Assembly (NCBI GenBank): GCA_963848295.1
Contig: CAWKDB010000002.1
Span: forward strand, 1,344,001-1,408,000
Source: an uncultured delta proteobacterium
Lineage (GTDB): Bacteria > Myxococcota_A > Polyangia > Haliangiales > Haliangiaceae
Direction: 5' to 3'
Length of the DNA: 64,000 nucleotides
Shown here piece after piece: positions 43,399 through 53,071 of this stretch. The notes under the pieces are model-generated. The model had not been told where the DNA came from and did not search any database. It was given only the letters and a program-made list of their open reading frames with translations. Position 1 is the first letter of the stretch, and the number at the start of each line of letters is the position of its first letter. Made by a program: the position numbers and the translations under genes.

Positions 43399-44043
43399 CT
43401 AGTCGCCGAAGAACACGTCGAAGCCGACGAGAAACGAGCCATCGACCGCGGTCGGCTGCGACGCGGGCTCGGTGGTGCGCCCGACCGCCGGGTCGGTCCA
43501 CGCGCGCGCGAGCGAGAAGCCGACGCGCAGTGCCGCCGACGCGTGGCCGGCGCGATTGGTCATGGCCCAGCTCAGGTCGAGCCCGACAATCGGGCGTGAC
43601 CGCGCCGGCTCGACGCCGATCGCGACGGTCTCGACACCGACGTTCGGCACGAGGTAGAGGTCCATGCGCTCGAGCCGAGCGCGACCGCCGCGCGGGTGGT
43701 GCACGACCTTGCCGCGGGCGACGCTGACCCGGCCTTCGAGCAGTGCGCGATAGTCGCTGCCCGGCGCTTCGTCGCCGCCGCAGCTCGGGCCGGCGCACGC
43801 GCGATCGAGGTGCAGCCACTCTAGCTCGCCGAGCAGCGCGAACCGATCGAGCTCGATGCCGCCGTGTAGCCGAAACCCTTCGCCGCCGTGGCCGAGGTTC
43901 GTCGTGACCGCACCGGCGAACGGTCCACCGCCGAGCTCCCAGCGCAGGCTTGGATCCGGGATCGGACCGGCCTCGTCGGGCGGATCGGCGTGCGCGCCCG
44001 CGGCGACGGCCAGCAAGGTCACGACGGTGAGCACGCTCCGCAC
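43399..44043 (-). CDS. Hypothetical secreted or outer-membrane protein
   Basis: Signal peptide AHA; amphipathic beta-strands ending GFDVFFGD. Confidence 0.65.
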   Translation of the reverse strand: MRSVLTVVTLLAVAAGAHADPPDEAGPIPDPSLRWELGGGPFAGAVTTNLGHGGEGFRLHGGIELDRFALLGELEWLHLDRACAGPSCGGDEAPGSDYRALLEGRVSVARGKVVHHPRGGRARLERMDLYLVPNVGVETVAIGVEPARSRPIVGLDLSWAMTNRAGHASAALRVGFSLARAWTDPAVGRTTEPASQPTAVDGSFLVGFDVFFGD

Positions 44044-44165
44044 TCCTCGGTCGTAGCGCGGCGGGTCGTGCCGCTGCCAATTACGTTTTCGTGGAGGGCG
44101 CGCTGGAGCCACAGATTATCGCGGGATCCGACGGAAACTGGGTCCAGGGTGGTAGCTTGCCCGCG

Positions 44166-45713
44166 ATGGGGGGCGATCCAGCGATCCGCAGCGCGTCGAC
44201 CACGACGGTCGCGCGCCTGTTCGCCGCTCGCGCCCAGGTTACGCCCGCGCGCGTCGCGATCGTGGATGGTGCGACGCGGCGCAGCTATCGCGAGCTCGAC
44301 GACCGCACGCAGCGGCTCGCGAACGCGTTGCTCGCGCGCGGCGTCACGCGTGGCGAGCGGATCGCGCTGTTGTCCGAGAATCGCGCGGAGGTGCTCGAGG
44401 TCATGCTCGCCGCGGCGCGGATCGGCGCGATCGTCGCTTGTCAGAACTGGCGGCTCGCGGCTCCCGAGCTGCGCCACTGCATCGCGCTGGTCGAGCCCGC
44501 GCTCGCGATCGTCTCGCCGCGCCATCGCGACCGGGTCGGCGACCTCTCGACGCTCGAGCTCGGCGCCGACTACGAGCGAGCGCTCGCCGCCGCCGGCCCC
44601 CTGCATGTCGCGGCCGACCTCGATCCCGAAGATCCGCTGCTCATCCTCTACACGAGCGGTACGACCGGCCTACCGAAAGGCGCGGTGCTCAGCCATCGCG
44701 CGCAGATCATCCGCAACCTCGTGACCCGCGCCGAGTTCGCGGTCGCGCCCGACGACACGTTCGTGGCGTGGTCGCCGCTCTATCACATGGGTGCGGTCGA
44801 CAACTCGCTCGGGACGCTGATGTCGGGGGGGACGGTGTTCGTCGTCGATGGCTTCGATCCGCCACGGCTCGCCGAGATCGTCGCGGCCGAGCCGCTCGGT
44901 TGGTTGTTGCTCATGCCGGGCATGGTCGGCCGGTTCGCCGACGAGCTCGCGCACCGGCGCGTGACGCCGCGAGGGGTCAAGGTGTGCGGCGTGATGGCCG
45001 ACCTCGTGCCGCCGTCGGAGATCGCCGCGATCACGACTGCGTTGCGCGCACCCTACGCGAACACGTTCGGCGCGACCGAGACCGGCTGCCCGCCGTGCTC
45101 GTCGAGCTTGATCCCGATCGGCACGGCGCCGGCGAAGCTGTCGAAGCAACAGAGCCCGTTCTGCGAGGTCCGGCTGGTCGATCCCGCGTGGCGGAGTGAA
45201 TCCGCCCCGCTCCACTCCGGGCCCGACGACCGCGACGTCGCCGACGGCCAACCCGGAGAGCTCGCGATGCGCGGCCCGACCTTGTTCTCCGGCTACTGGC
45301 GCGCATCCGCCGACGATTTTCGCGGCGGCTGGTTCCACCTGGGCGACGTGTTCGTGCGCAACGGCGACGGCTCGCTCGACTTCGTCGATCGCGTGAAATA
45401 TCTGATCAAGTCCGGCGGCGAGAGCATCTATCCGGCGGAGATCGAGCGCGTGATCCTGACCGAGCCCCGGGTCGCCGATGTCGCGGTCGTGCGCGCGCTC
45501 GACGCGAGGTGGGGCGAAGTTCCGATCGCTTTCGTCGCGCGCCGCGATCCATCGCTCGACGACACCGCGTTGTTCGCGCTGTGCCGCGCCGAGCTTGCCG
45601 GCTACAAGCAGCCCAAGGCGATCCACTTCATCGCCGAGGCCGAGCTGCCGCGCAGCGCGTCCGGCAAGATCTTGCGGCACGAGCTCGAGCGCCGCGTCCG
45701 AGGTGAATCATGA
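44166..45713 (+). CDS. AMP-dependent acyl-CoA ligase
   Basis: YTSGTTGLPKG, FGATE, GWFHLGD, DRVK.LIKSGGE.IYPAEIE, PRSASGK. Confidence 0.93.
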   Translation: MGGDPAIRSASTTTVARLFAARAQVTPARVAIVDGATRRSYRELDDRTQRLANALLARGVTRGERIALLSENRAEVLEVMLAAARIGAIVACQNWRLAAPELRHCIALVEPALAIVSPRHRDRVGDLSTLELGADYERALAAAGPLHVAADLDPEDPLLILYTSGTTGLPKGAVLSHRAQIIRNLVTRAEFAVAPDDTFVAWSPLYHMGAVDNSLGTLMSGGTVFVVDGFDPPRLAEIVAAEPLGWLLLMPGMVGRFADELAHRRVTPRGVKVCGVMADLVPPSEIAAITTALRAPYANTFGATETGCPPCSSSLIPIGTAPAKLSKQQSPFCEVRLVDPAWRSESAPLHSGPDDRDVADGQPGELAMRGPTLFSGYWRASADDFRGGWFHLGDVFVRNGDGSLDFVDRVKYLIKSGGESIYPAEIERVILTEPRVADVAVVRALDARWGEVPIAFVARRDPSLDDTALFALCRAELAGYKQPKAIHFIAEAELPRSASGKILRHELERRVRGES

Positions 45714-46471
45714 CCGCCGTGCCGCCGACTACCGCCATCGCGACCTCGACGTCGACCGACATCACGATCCGGGGCAAGAGCCTGCTCGAGCTGATGGGCT
45801 CGCTCACGTTCACCGAGATGATCTGCTTCCAGGTGCTAGGCCGCGTCCCGGCCGCCGGAGCGGTCGCGGTGATCGATGCGTGCCTGGTCACGCTCGTCGA
45901 GCACGGCCTGACGCCGAGCGCGATCGCCGCGCGCTTGGTCTACGCGAGCTCGCCCGATGCGATGCAAGGCGCGGTCGCCGCGGGCTTGCTCGGCGTCGGC
46001 AGCCGGTTCGTCGGCACGGTCGAAGGTTGCGCGCGGCTCGTCGCCCGCATCGCCGCCGCGAGCGACGCCACCGCCGAGGCTGCCGCGATCGTCGCCGAGC
46101 ATGCCGCCGCGAAACACCCGGTGCCCGGCTTCGGCCACGATATCCACAAGCCCGACGATCCCCGCACGCCGCGGCTGTTCGCGATCGCGCGCGAGCACGG
46201 AATCGCCGGCGTTCATATCGCGGCGCTCGAGACGCTGTCGCGCGTGCTCGATGCGGCGAAGCACCGCCACCTCACGATCAACGCGACCGGAGCGGTCGCC
46301 GCCACGCTCGCCGACTGCGGCGTCCCCGCCGAGATCATGCGCGGGTTCGCGTTGGTTTCGCGCTGTGCCGGCTTGATCGGGCACATCCACGAGGAACAAC
46401 ATCGCACGACGATGACCACGATCTGGGAAGCGGCGGAGCGCGCCGTCCCTTATGAACCCGACGGGAGATGA
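45710..46471 (+). CDS. Citryl-CoA lyase / citrate synthase-like protein
   Basis: EHGLTPS, VPGFGH..HK..DPR, INATG, GLIGHI.EE. Confidence 0.88.
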   Translation: MTAVPPTTAIATSTSTDITIRGKSLLELMGSLTFTEMICFQVLGRVPAAGAVAVIDACLVTLVEHGLTPSAIAARLVYASSPDAMQGAVAAGLLGVGSRFVGTVEGCARLVARIAAASDATAEAAAIVAEHAAAKHPVPGFGHDIHKPDDPRTPRLFAIAREHGIAGVHIAALETLSRVLDAAKHRHLTINATGAVAATLADCGVPAEIMRGFALVSRCAGLIGHIHEEQHRTTMTTIWEAAERAVPYEPDGR

Positions 46472-47157
46472 TGACGATGACGAAGCTCTACATGCATCCT
46501 GCCTCTACAGCTAGCCGGCCGGTCCGCTTGTTCGTCGCCGAGCACAAGCTCGACGTCGAAGAGAAGGTGGTCGACATCATGACCGGCGAGCACTACTCGG
46601 AGTGGTACTCGACGATCAACCCGAACCGCATGGTGCCGATGCTCGAGGACGGCGACCTCAGGCTGACCGAGAGCTCGGCGATCCTCAAGTACCTCGCGAC
46701 CAAGCACGACCTGCCCGAGTACCCGAAGGATCTCAAGAAGCGCGCGAAGGTCGACGAGATGATGGACTGGTTCAACACTCAGTTCTATCGGGACTTCGGC
46801 TACGGCCTCGCGTATCCGCAGCTGTTCCCGCACCACAAGCGTCCGAGCGACGAGATCCACAAGGGCACGATCGAGTGGGGTCGCAAGAACGCAGCGGAGT
46901 GGTTCAAGGTGCTCGACAGCTACTTCATCGGCAACAAGCCGTTCACGACCGGCGATCAGATCACGATCGCGGACTACTTCGGCGCGTGCATCGTCACGGT
47001 CGGCGAGGTCATTCGCTGCGACTTCTCGCACCTGCCGAACGTCAAGCGCTGGCTTGGCAACGTCAAGAAGCTGGCGCAGTGGAACAAGATCAACGAAACG
47101 CTCGCGGGCTTCGCGAACGCGGTCAAGGATCAGCCGTTCGCCGCGATCACGCCGTAA
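46468..47157 (+). CDS. Glutathione S-transferase (theta-like)
   Basis: INP...VP.L.DGD..LTESSAILKYL, ITIAD. Confidence 0.92.
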   Translation: MMTMTKLYMHPASTASRPVRLFVAEHKLDVEEKVVDIMTGEHYSEWYSTINPNRMVPMLEDGDLRLTESSAILKYLATKHDLPEYPKDLKKRAKVDEMMDWFNTQFYRDFGYGLAYPQLFPHHKRPSDEIHKGTIEWGRKNAAEWFKVLDSYFIGNKPFTTGDQITIADYFGACIVTVGEVIRCDFSHLPNVKRWLGNVKKLAQWNKINETLAGFANAVKDQPFAAITP

Positions 47158-47180
47158 CTCGACGCGGTGGAGAGGTCGTC

Positions 47181-47666
47181 ATGATCAAGGGTTTGCATCA
47201 CAACGCGTATCGCTGCCGAGATGCCGAGCAGACGCGAAGGTTCTACGAGGACTTTCTCGGGCTACCGCTCGTCAACGCGTTCGAGATCAAAGAGACGAAG
47301 TCCGGTCGGCAGACCCAGGTCTTGCACCTGTTCTTTCAGATGGACGACGGCTCGTGCCTCGCGTTCTTCGAATCGCCGGGTGCGCCGTTCGACTTCAAGG
47401 CGCAACACGACTACGACCTGCACATCGCGGTCGAGGTCGCCCACGACGTGCTCGAGCCGATGCTGGCGAAGGGCAAGCAGGCCGGCATCGAGTCTCGCGG
47501 CATCGCGGATCACGACGGCATTCATTCGATCTATTTTCGCGATCCGAACGGCTACGTCATCGAGCTCACCGCGAAGACGCCGCGCCACGCCGACTGGATG
47601 GATCCGGCGAAGAACGGTGCGCGCGAGCACCTCGCGACCTGGCAGCGCACGAAACCGGCGTCGTAG
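47181..47666 (+). CDS. VOC (glyoxalase-like) family protein
   Basis: GLHHNAYRC, FYEDFLGL, HSIYFRDPNGYVIEL. Confidence 0.9.
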   Translation: MIKGLHHNAYRCRDAEQTRRFYEDFLGLPLVNAFEIKETKSGRQTQVLHLFFQMDDGSCLAFFESPGAPFDFKAQHDYDLHIAVEVAHDVLEPMLAKGKQAGIESRGIADHDGIHSIYFRDPNGYVIELTAKTPRHADWMDPAKNGAREHLATWQRTKPAS

Positions 47667-47668
47667 CG

Positions 47669-48727
47669 CTACATGACGACGCGATAGACCGTGCTCAGCG
47701 AGCTGCCCGACGCGTAGTAGATCGCGTTGTCCCCGACGACCGGACCGACCGGATACGTCGCGCCGGTCGCGAGCAGCTGCGCCGCGCTGCTGCCGTCGCG
47801 CGCGATCCGGCTGATCGAGCCTTGATTCGCGACCGGTGGCGCCTCGAGGCCATCGCCTGGCGTGACGACCCCGATCTCGCTCCAGTAGACGAACTGATCG
47901 TCGACCGCGAGCCCGGAGAGCTGCGTCGCCGGCGTCGCGACCACGCTGACCGCGCCACCGTCGACCGAGACCGAGCTGATGACGTTCGGCGTCGCGCCTT
48001 GCAGCGGCGTCGACGTCCAGTACACCGTGCCATCGGCGACCGCGATGCCGACCGGCGCGTCGTCGAGCTCGGTGTTCGGCGGCAGCGTGTACTGCGCCGG
48101 GACGAGCGTGCGCACCGCGCCGCCCGCGATCGGCACCGACGACACCGCGCCGAACATGTCGCTCCAGTAGACGTGGCCGTCGTCGAGCGCGATCGGCCCG
48201 ACCGTCGCGAGCCCGGTCGCGAGCGTGACCGCCGCGCCGCCGGCAATCGGCTGCTCGACGAGCGTGCCGACCGGGTTCGAGCTCGAACCGAACGTGCTCC
48301 AGTAGATGTTGGTGGCGTCGACCGCGACGCCAATCGGCTCGTCGGTCGATGCGATCTGCACGACCCCGCCGCCCGACATCGCGACGCGATCGACCGAGCC
48401 CGACGGGAGGTTGCCATCGGCCCAGTAGACGTTCGCGCCGGCGCTCGTGATCGACCCGCCGAGCGCGAACGGCGTGGTCGGCGGCGAGACGATCTCGGTG
48501 CCCGCCGAGCTCGCGTCGGTGGGAGCGCGACCGATGCCGCCCATGTCCATCCAGTAGACCTCGCCTCCGGCGAGCGTCAGCGACAAGATCTGGTTCTGCG
48601 TCTGCGCGAGCTGATCCTCCGCGGTCGGCGTGCCACACAGCGGAGGCGGTTGGCTCCCGTGATCGGTGCAGCCGGCAAGGAGCAGGGTGGCAAAGGTCGA
48701 GTCGCGAATAAGCGAGGTCAACGACAT
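47669..48727 (-). CDS. Beta-propeller lipoprotein (repeated xAVDxxxVYW motif)
   Basis: LLAG-C lipobox; about 7 repeats such as GVAVDATNIYW. Confidence 0.8.
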   Translation of the reverse strand: MSLTSLIRDSTFATLLLAGCTDHGSQPPPLCGTPTAEDQLAQTQNQILSLTLAGGEVYWMDMGGIGRAPTDASSAGTEIVSPPTTPFALGGSITSAGANVYWADGNLPSGSVDRVAMSGGGVVQIASTDEPIGVAVDATNIYWSTFGSSSNPVGTLVEQPIAGGAAVTLATGLATVGPIALDDGHVYWSDMFGAVSSVPIAGGAVRTLVPAQYTLPPNTELDDAPVGIAVADGTVYWTSTPLQGATPNVISSVSVDGGAVSVVATPATQLSGLAVDDQFVYWSEIGVVTPGDGLEAPPVANQGSISRIARDGSSAAQLLATGATYPVGPVVGDNAIYYASGSSLSTVYRVVM

Positions 48728-48741
48728 GTGCCGAGCCGTTT

Positions 48742-48757
48742 TGCAACGGGTGCGCCT
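48742..48757 (-). promoter_or_regulatory. Putative sigma54 promoter
   Basis: Minus strand AGGCGCACCCGTTGCA (GG-N10-GC, TTGCA), 14 nt upstream of the ATG at 48727. Confidence 0.6.
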
Positions 48758-48947
48758 AAGTCCGACCGCTGGTAACCGCCCGGGATACATGGAGTCGCCG
48801 CGGCGCACACTTCAGAAATCTGAGACCGCCATCAGTTCGACGAGCTGGTCGCGCTCACCGCGAACGAAGCGCATCTTCGCGTTACAACCGTGTGATGTTG
48901 AAGAGGGTCGCGTTCAAGGCCGACAGCCGGATCTGGACCGCGTACGA

Positions 48948-50303
48948 CTACGCGGTCGCCGCGAGCGCGTCGCCGAGCACGCCGATCAGACGATCGATCT
49001 CGTCGCGGGTCGAGATGAACGGCGGCGCGAGCTGGATCGTGTCGCCGCCGTAGCGGACGTACATGCCCTTCGCGAGGCACTTCATCGCGATGTCGAACGG
49101 CCGCTTCGCGGGCTCGCCCGGCAGCGGCTCGATCGTCAGGCCGGCGGCGAGGCCGTAGTTGCGGATATCCATCACGTGCTTGTGGCCCTTGAGGCCGTGG
49201 ACCTGCGTCTCGAAGTACGGCGCGAGCTCGCGGACCTTGGCGATCGCGTTGTCGCTGACGAGCAGGTCCAGCGCCGCGACGCCCGCCGCGCACGCGATCG
49301 GATGCGCCGAGTAGGTGTAGCCATGCGGGAACTCGAGCAGGTAGTCGGCGCCACCGGCCGCCATGAACGTGTCGTAGACGTGCTTGTGCGCGACGACCGC
49401 GCCGAGGGGCTGGACGCCGTTCGTGACCTGCTTCGCGATGTTCAAGATGTCGGGCGTGACGCCGAACGCCTCGGCGCCGGTGTACGCGCCCATCCGGCCG
49501 AACCCGGTGATGACCTCGTCGAAGATCAGCAAGATATTGTTCGCGGTGCAGAGCTCGCGCAGCCGAGCGAGGTAGCCCGCCGGCGGCGGAATCACCCCGG
49601 CCGAGCCCGCCATCGGCTCGACGATCACCGCGGCGATGTTCGACGCGTCGTGCAACGCGATCAGATCCTGGAGCTGATTCGCGAGCGCGATGCCGGTCGC
49701 GGTGTCCTTCGGCATGCCGCGGGTGAACGCCGCCGACTTATCGCGCAGCGCGAGCTGGGTGTGCGGCAGATGGTCGGCGTCGACCGCCTGGCCGAACGTC
49801 TTGCGGTTGCCCGCGATGCCACCGACCGAGATGCCGCCGAAGTTGACGCCGTGATAGCCCTTCTCGCGACCGATGAGGCGAGTCTTGCCGCCCTGCCCTT
49901 TCGCTCGCCAGTACGCGCGCGCCATCTTGAGCGACGTGTCGGCGGCCTCCGAGCCCGATCCGCAGAAGAACACGTAGTCGAGCCCGGCCGGCGTGAGCTC
50001 CTTGATCTTGTTCGCGAGCGCGAACGAGCCGGGATGACCGAACTGAAACGCGGGCGAGTAGTCGAGCGTCGCGACTTGCTTCTGCACCGCCTCGACGATC
50101 TCGCGCCGCGCGTGGCCGAGGCCCGCGCACCACAAGCCGGACAGTCCGTCGAACACCTTCTTGCCGTCGCCGTCGGTGTAGTACGCGCCCTCGGCGGCGA
50201 CGAACATGCGCGGGTGCGCCTTGAACTCGCGGTTGCCGGTGAACGGCATCCAATGCGCGTCGAGCCACGCGCTGTCTGTCTGGAGCTTGATCGGATCTTT
50301 CAT
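48948..50303 (-). CDS. Beta-alanine/omega-amino acid--pyruvate aminotransferase (class III)
   Basis: HWMPFT.NR.FK, DGLSGLWC, GSGSEA.DT, LIFDEVITGFGR, AKQVTNG, HGYTYSAHP. Confidence 0.93.
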   Translation of the reverse strand: MKDPIKLQTDSAWLDAHWMPFTGNREFKAHPRMFVAAEGAYYTDGDGKKVFDGLSGLWCAGLGHARREIVEAVQKQVATLDYSPAFQFGHPGSFALANKIKELTPAGLDYVFFCGSGSEAADTSLKMARAYWRAKGQGGKTRLIGREKGYHGVNFGGISVGGIAGNRKTFGQAVDADHLPHTQLALRDKSAAFTRGMPKDTATGIALANQLQDLIALHDASNIAAVIVEPMAGSAGVIPPPAGYLARLRELCTANNILLIFDEVITGFGRMGAYTGAEAFGVTPDILNIAKQVTNGVQPLGAVVAHKHVYDTFMAAGGADYLLEFPHGYTYSAHPIACAAGVAALDLLVSDNAIAKVRELAPYFETQVHGLKGHKHVMDIRNYGLAAGLTIEPLPGEPAKRPFDIAMKCLAKGMYVRYGGDTIQLAPPFISTRDEIDRLIGVLGDALAATA

Positions 50304-51698
50304 AGCGAAAACGTTCCTCTCTTGACGAACCGGCCGCGGCCTTTCGGCGCCTGACCGATCCACTTATCGTTCTCGACGATCAGCTCGCCGCGCGATAGCA
50401 CGTGCGACGGGCTACCCGGCACGACGTGGCCTTCGAACGGCGAGTAGTCGATCCGCATGTGCAGCGTGTCGACGCCGAGCTTCTTCTCACGCTTCGGATC
50501 CCACACGACGATGTCGGCGTCGGCGCCGGGGGCGATCACGCCCTTCTTGCCGTACATGCCGAAGATCTTCGCCGGCGCGGTCGACGTGATCTCGACGAAC
50601 CGGTTCATCGAGATCTTGCCCTGCGTCACGCCTTCCCACAGCAGGTGCAAGCGGGTCTCGACGCCCGGCATGCCGTTCGGGATCTTCGAGAAGTCGTTCT
50701 TGCCGAGCTCCTTCTGATCCTTCATGCAGAACGGGCAGTGATCGGTCGCGACGACGCTAAGGTCGTAGTTGCGCAGGCCGCGCCACAGGTGCTCGTGGTG
50801 ATGCTTCTTGCGCAGCGCCGGCGTCGCGACGAAGCCCGCGCCCTTGAACTCGTTGCCCGGATCGCCGCGGAGGGCATCCTCGTCGAGGAACAGGTACTGC
50901 GGGCAGGTCTCGGCGTACGCCGGCAAGCCGCGGTCGCGCGCCTCCATCACGCGCTCGAGCGCGCGCTGCGCCGACAGGTGGACCATGTAGACCGGCACCT
51001 TCGCCATCTCGGCCAGCGCGATCGCGCGCTCGGTGCCGGTCGCCTCGGCGATCTCCGGCCGGGTCAACGCGTGATTGATCGGCGCGGTATGACCGGCCGC
51101 GAGCGCGCGCTGGATCAGCACGTCGATCGGCAGCCCGATCTCGGCGTGCATCGTGATCAGCGCACCGAGCTCGCCAGCGCGCAGCATCGCCTTGAAGATC
51201 TGCTGATCGTCGACGAGGAACACGCCCGGATACGCCATGAACATCTTGAACGACGTCACGCCCTCGCGCACCATCGCGGCCATGTCCTCGAGCGTGCTCG
51301 GGGTCGCCTCGGTCATGATCATGTGGAAGCCGTAGTCGATCGCGGCCTTACTCTCGGCTTTCTGCGTGCCACGCGTCGAGCCCGGCGCGCATCGACGAGC
51401 CCTTCGACTGGATCGCGAAGTCGACGATCGTCGTCGTGCCGCCGTGCGCCGCGGCGATCGTGCCGGTCTCGAAGTCGTCCGACGCGGTCGTGCCGCCGAA
51501 CGGCATCTCCATGTGCGTATGACAATCGATGCCGCCCGGGATGACGTACTTGCCGGTCGCGTCGATCGTCTTCTGCGCGGTGCCGAGGTTCGTACCCGGC
51601 GCGACGAGCGCGGCGATCTGGCCGTTGTCGATCCAGACATCCGCCTCGAACGTGTCCGAGGCGGTGACGACCGTGCCGCCCTTGATCACGGCGGTCAT
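50300..51698 (-). CDS. hydA: Dihydropyrimidinase, one frameshift near 51363
   Basis: PGGIDCHTH, GGTTTIVDF, SFKMFMAY, AETCPQYL, TDHCPF, IPNGMPG. Confidence 0.9.
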
Positions 51699-52150
51699 CG
51701 CACGATCCTCCGGTGCGGCTTGGGCGCGGACTTCGCGGTCGCGATCGCCTTGGCCTTGGTCTTCTTGGTGACCGGCTGATCGACGAACCAGAACTCGTCG
51801 TCGGTCTCGCCGATCACGGCTTGCTTGCCGGCGATCGCGGCGATGTGCTCGGCGAACACCAGCACCTTCGCGAGATCGATCCCGGGTCCGACCACGCAGT
51901 AGGTCTCGAGCGCGTGATCGTCGAACCGCTTGACGTCACCCGCGACGGTCACGCCCTCGATCGAGGCGCGCCAGCGATCGCCGTGCTTGCCGGCAGGCAA
52001 CTTCGCGACGAGGCCCAAGTGCTTCGCGGTCGACTTCAGCGCGGCTAGCACCTCGGCGTGGGTCGCATAGCGCGAGTCGCCCGGGTTTGCCGAGCCCGGA
52101 CGGATCTCGTAACGATCGCTCGTCGCCGCCGCCGTCGTCGCGGCCGACAC
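51695..52150 (-). CDS. Hypothetical protein inside the pyrimidine degradation operon
   Basis: 151-aa ORF from GTG 52150; overlaps the upstream stop (TAGTG) and the hydA start (ATGA). Confidence 0.65.
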   Translation of the reverse strand: MSAATTAAATSDRYEIRPGSANPGDSRYATHAEVLAALKSTAKHLGLVAKLPAGKHGDRWRASIEGVTVAGDVKRFDDHALETYCVVGPGIDLAKVLVFAEHIAAIAGKQAVIGETDDEFWFVDQPVTKKTKAKAIATAKSAPKPHRRIVR

Positions 52151-53021
52151 TAGCGGTCCTCGACGAGATCGCCGTAGGCATCGGGCCGGCGGTCGCGGAA
52201 GAACTGCCACGTCCGGCGCACCTCTTCGATCATGTCCAGGTCGAGTGTCGCGGTGACGAGCTCGTCTTTGTCCTCGCTCGCGCACGCGATGATCTCGCCG
52301 CGCGGATCACGAAGTACGAGTTGCCGTAGAACTTGCCGATGTTCCACGGCGCTTCGGTGCCGACCCGGTTGATCGCGCCGACGAAGTAACCGTTCGCGAC
52401 CGCGTGCGCCGGCTGCTCGAGCTTCCACAGATACTGCGAAAGCCCGGCGACCGTCGCCGACGGGTTGTAGACGATCTCCGCGCCGTTCAAGCCCGAGCGC
52501 GCGCGCCCCCTCGGGGAAGTGGCGGTCGTAGCAGATGTAGACGCCGATCTGCGCATACTTGGTCTTGAACGTCGGATAGCCGAGGTTGCCGGGCCGGAAG
52601 AAGTACTTCTCCCAGAATCCCGACTGGTCTGCGGGATATGGGTCTTGCGATACTTGCCGAGGTAGCTGCCGTCGGCGTCGATCACCGCGGCGGTGTTGTA
52701 GTAGACGCCGGCCGACTCGCGCTCGTAGAGCGGCACGACCATCACCATCTTGTACTTCGCGGCGAGCGGCGCGAGCTTCTCGACCGTCGGGCCGGGGACC
52801 GCTTCGGCCGCGTCGTACCAGCGCTTGTCTTGGCCCGGGCAGAAGTACGGCCCGTTGAAGATCTCTTGCAGGCACAGGATCTGGACGCCCTTCTTGCCGG
52901 CGTCGTGGATCATCGGCAGGTGCTTCTCGAGCATCGCCGCCTGGACCTCGGCGACCGACTTCGACTCGTCGTTGATCGGGTTCCTGGCTTGGATGAGGCC
53001 GGACAGAATCGTGCGAGACAT
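52150..53021 (-). CDS. Beta-ureidopropionase (nitrilase superfamily), three frameshifts
   Basis: LQEIFNGPYF, YRKTHIP, GFWEKYFF, YICYDRHFPE, W.LEQPAHA, WQFFRDRRP. Indels near 52620, 52490 and 52308. Confidence 0.88.
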
Positions 53022-53036
53022 CAGGTTCTCCTCTTC

Positions 53037-53070
53037 GGCGTAGGCGTAGGCGTAGGCGTAGGCGTAGGCG
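53037..53070. repeat. Intergenic hexanucleotide microsatellite (GGCGTA)x5 plus GGCG
   Basis: Read directly; lies between the preA stop and the ribosome-binding site of the ureidopropionase. Confidence 0.95.
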
Positions 53071-53071
53071 A

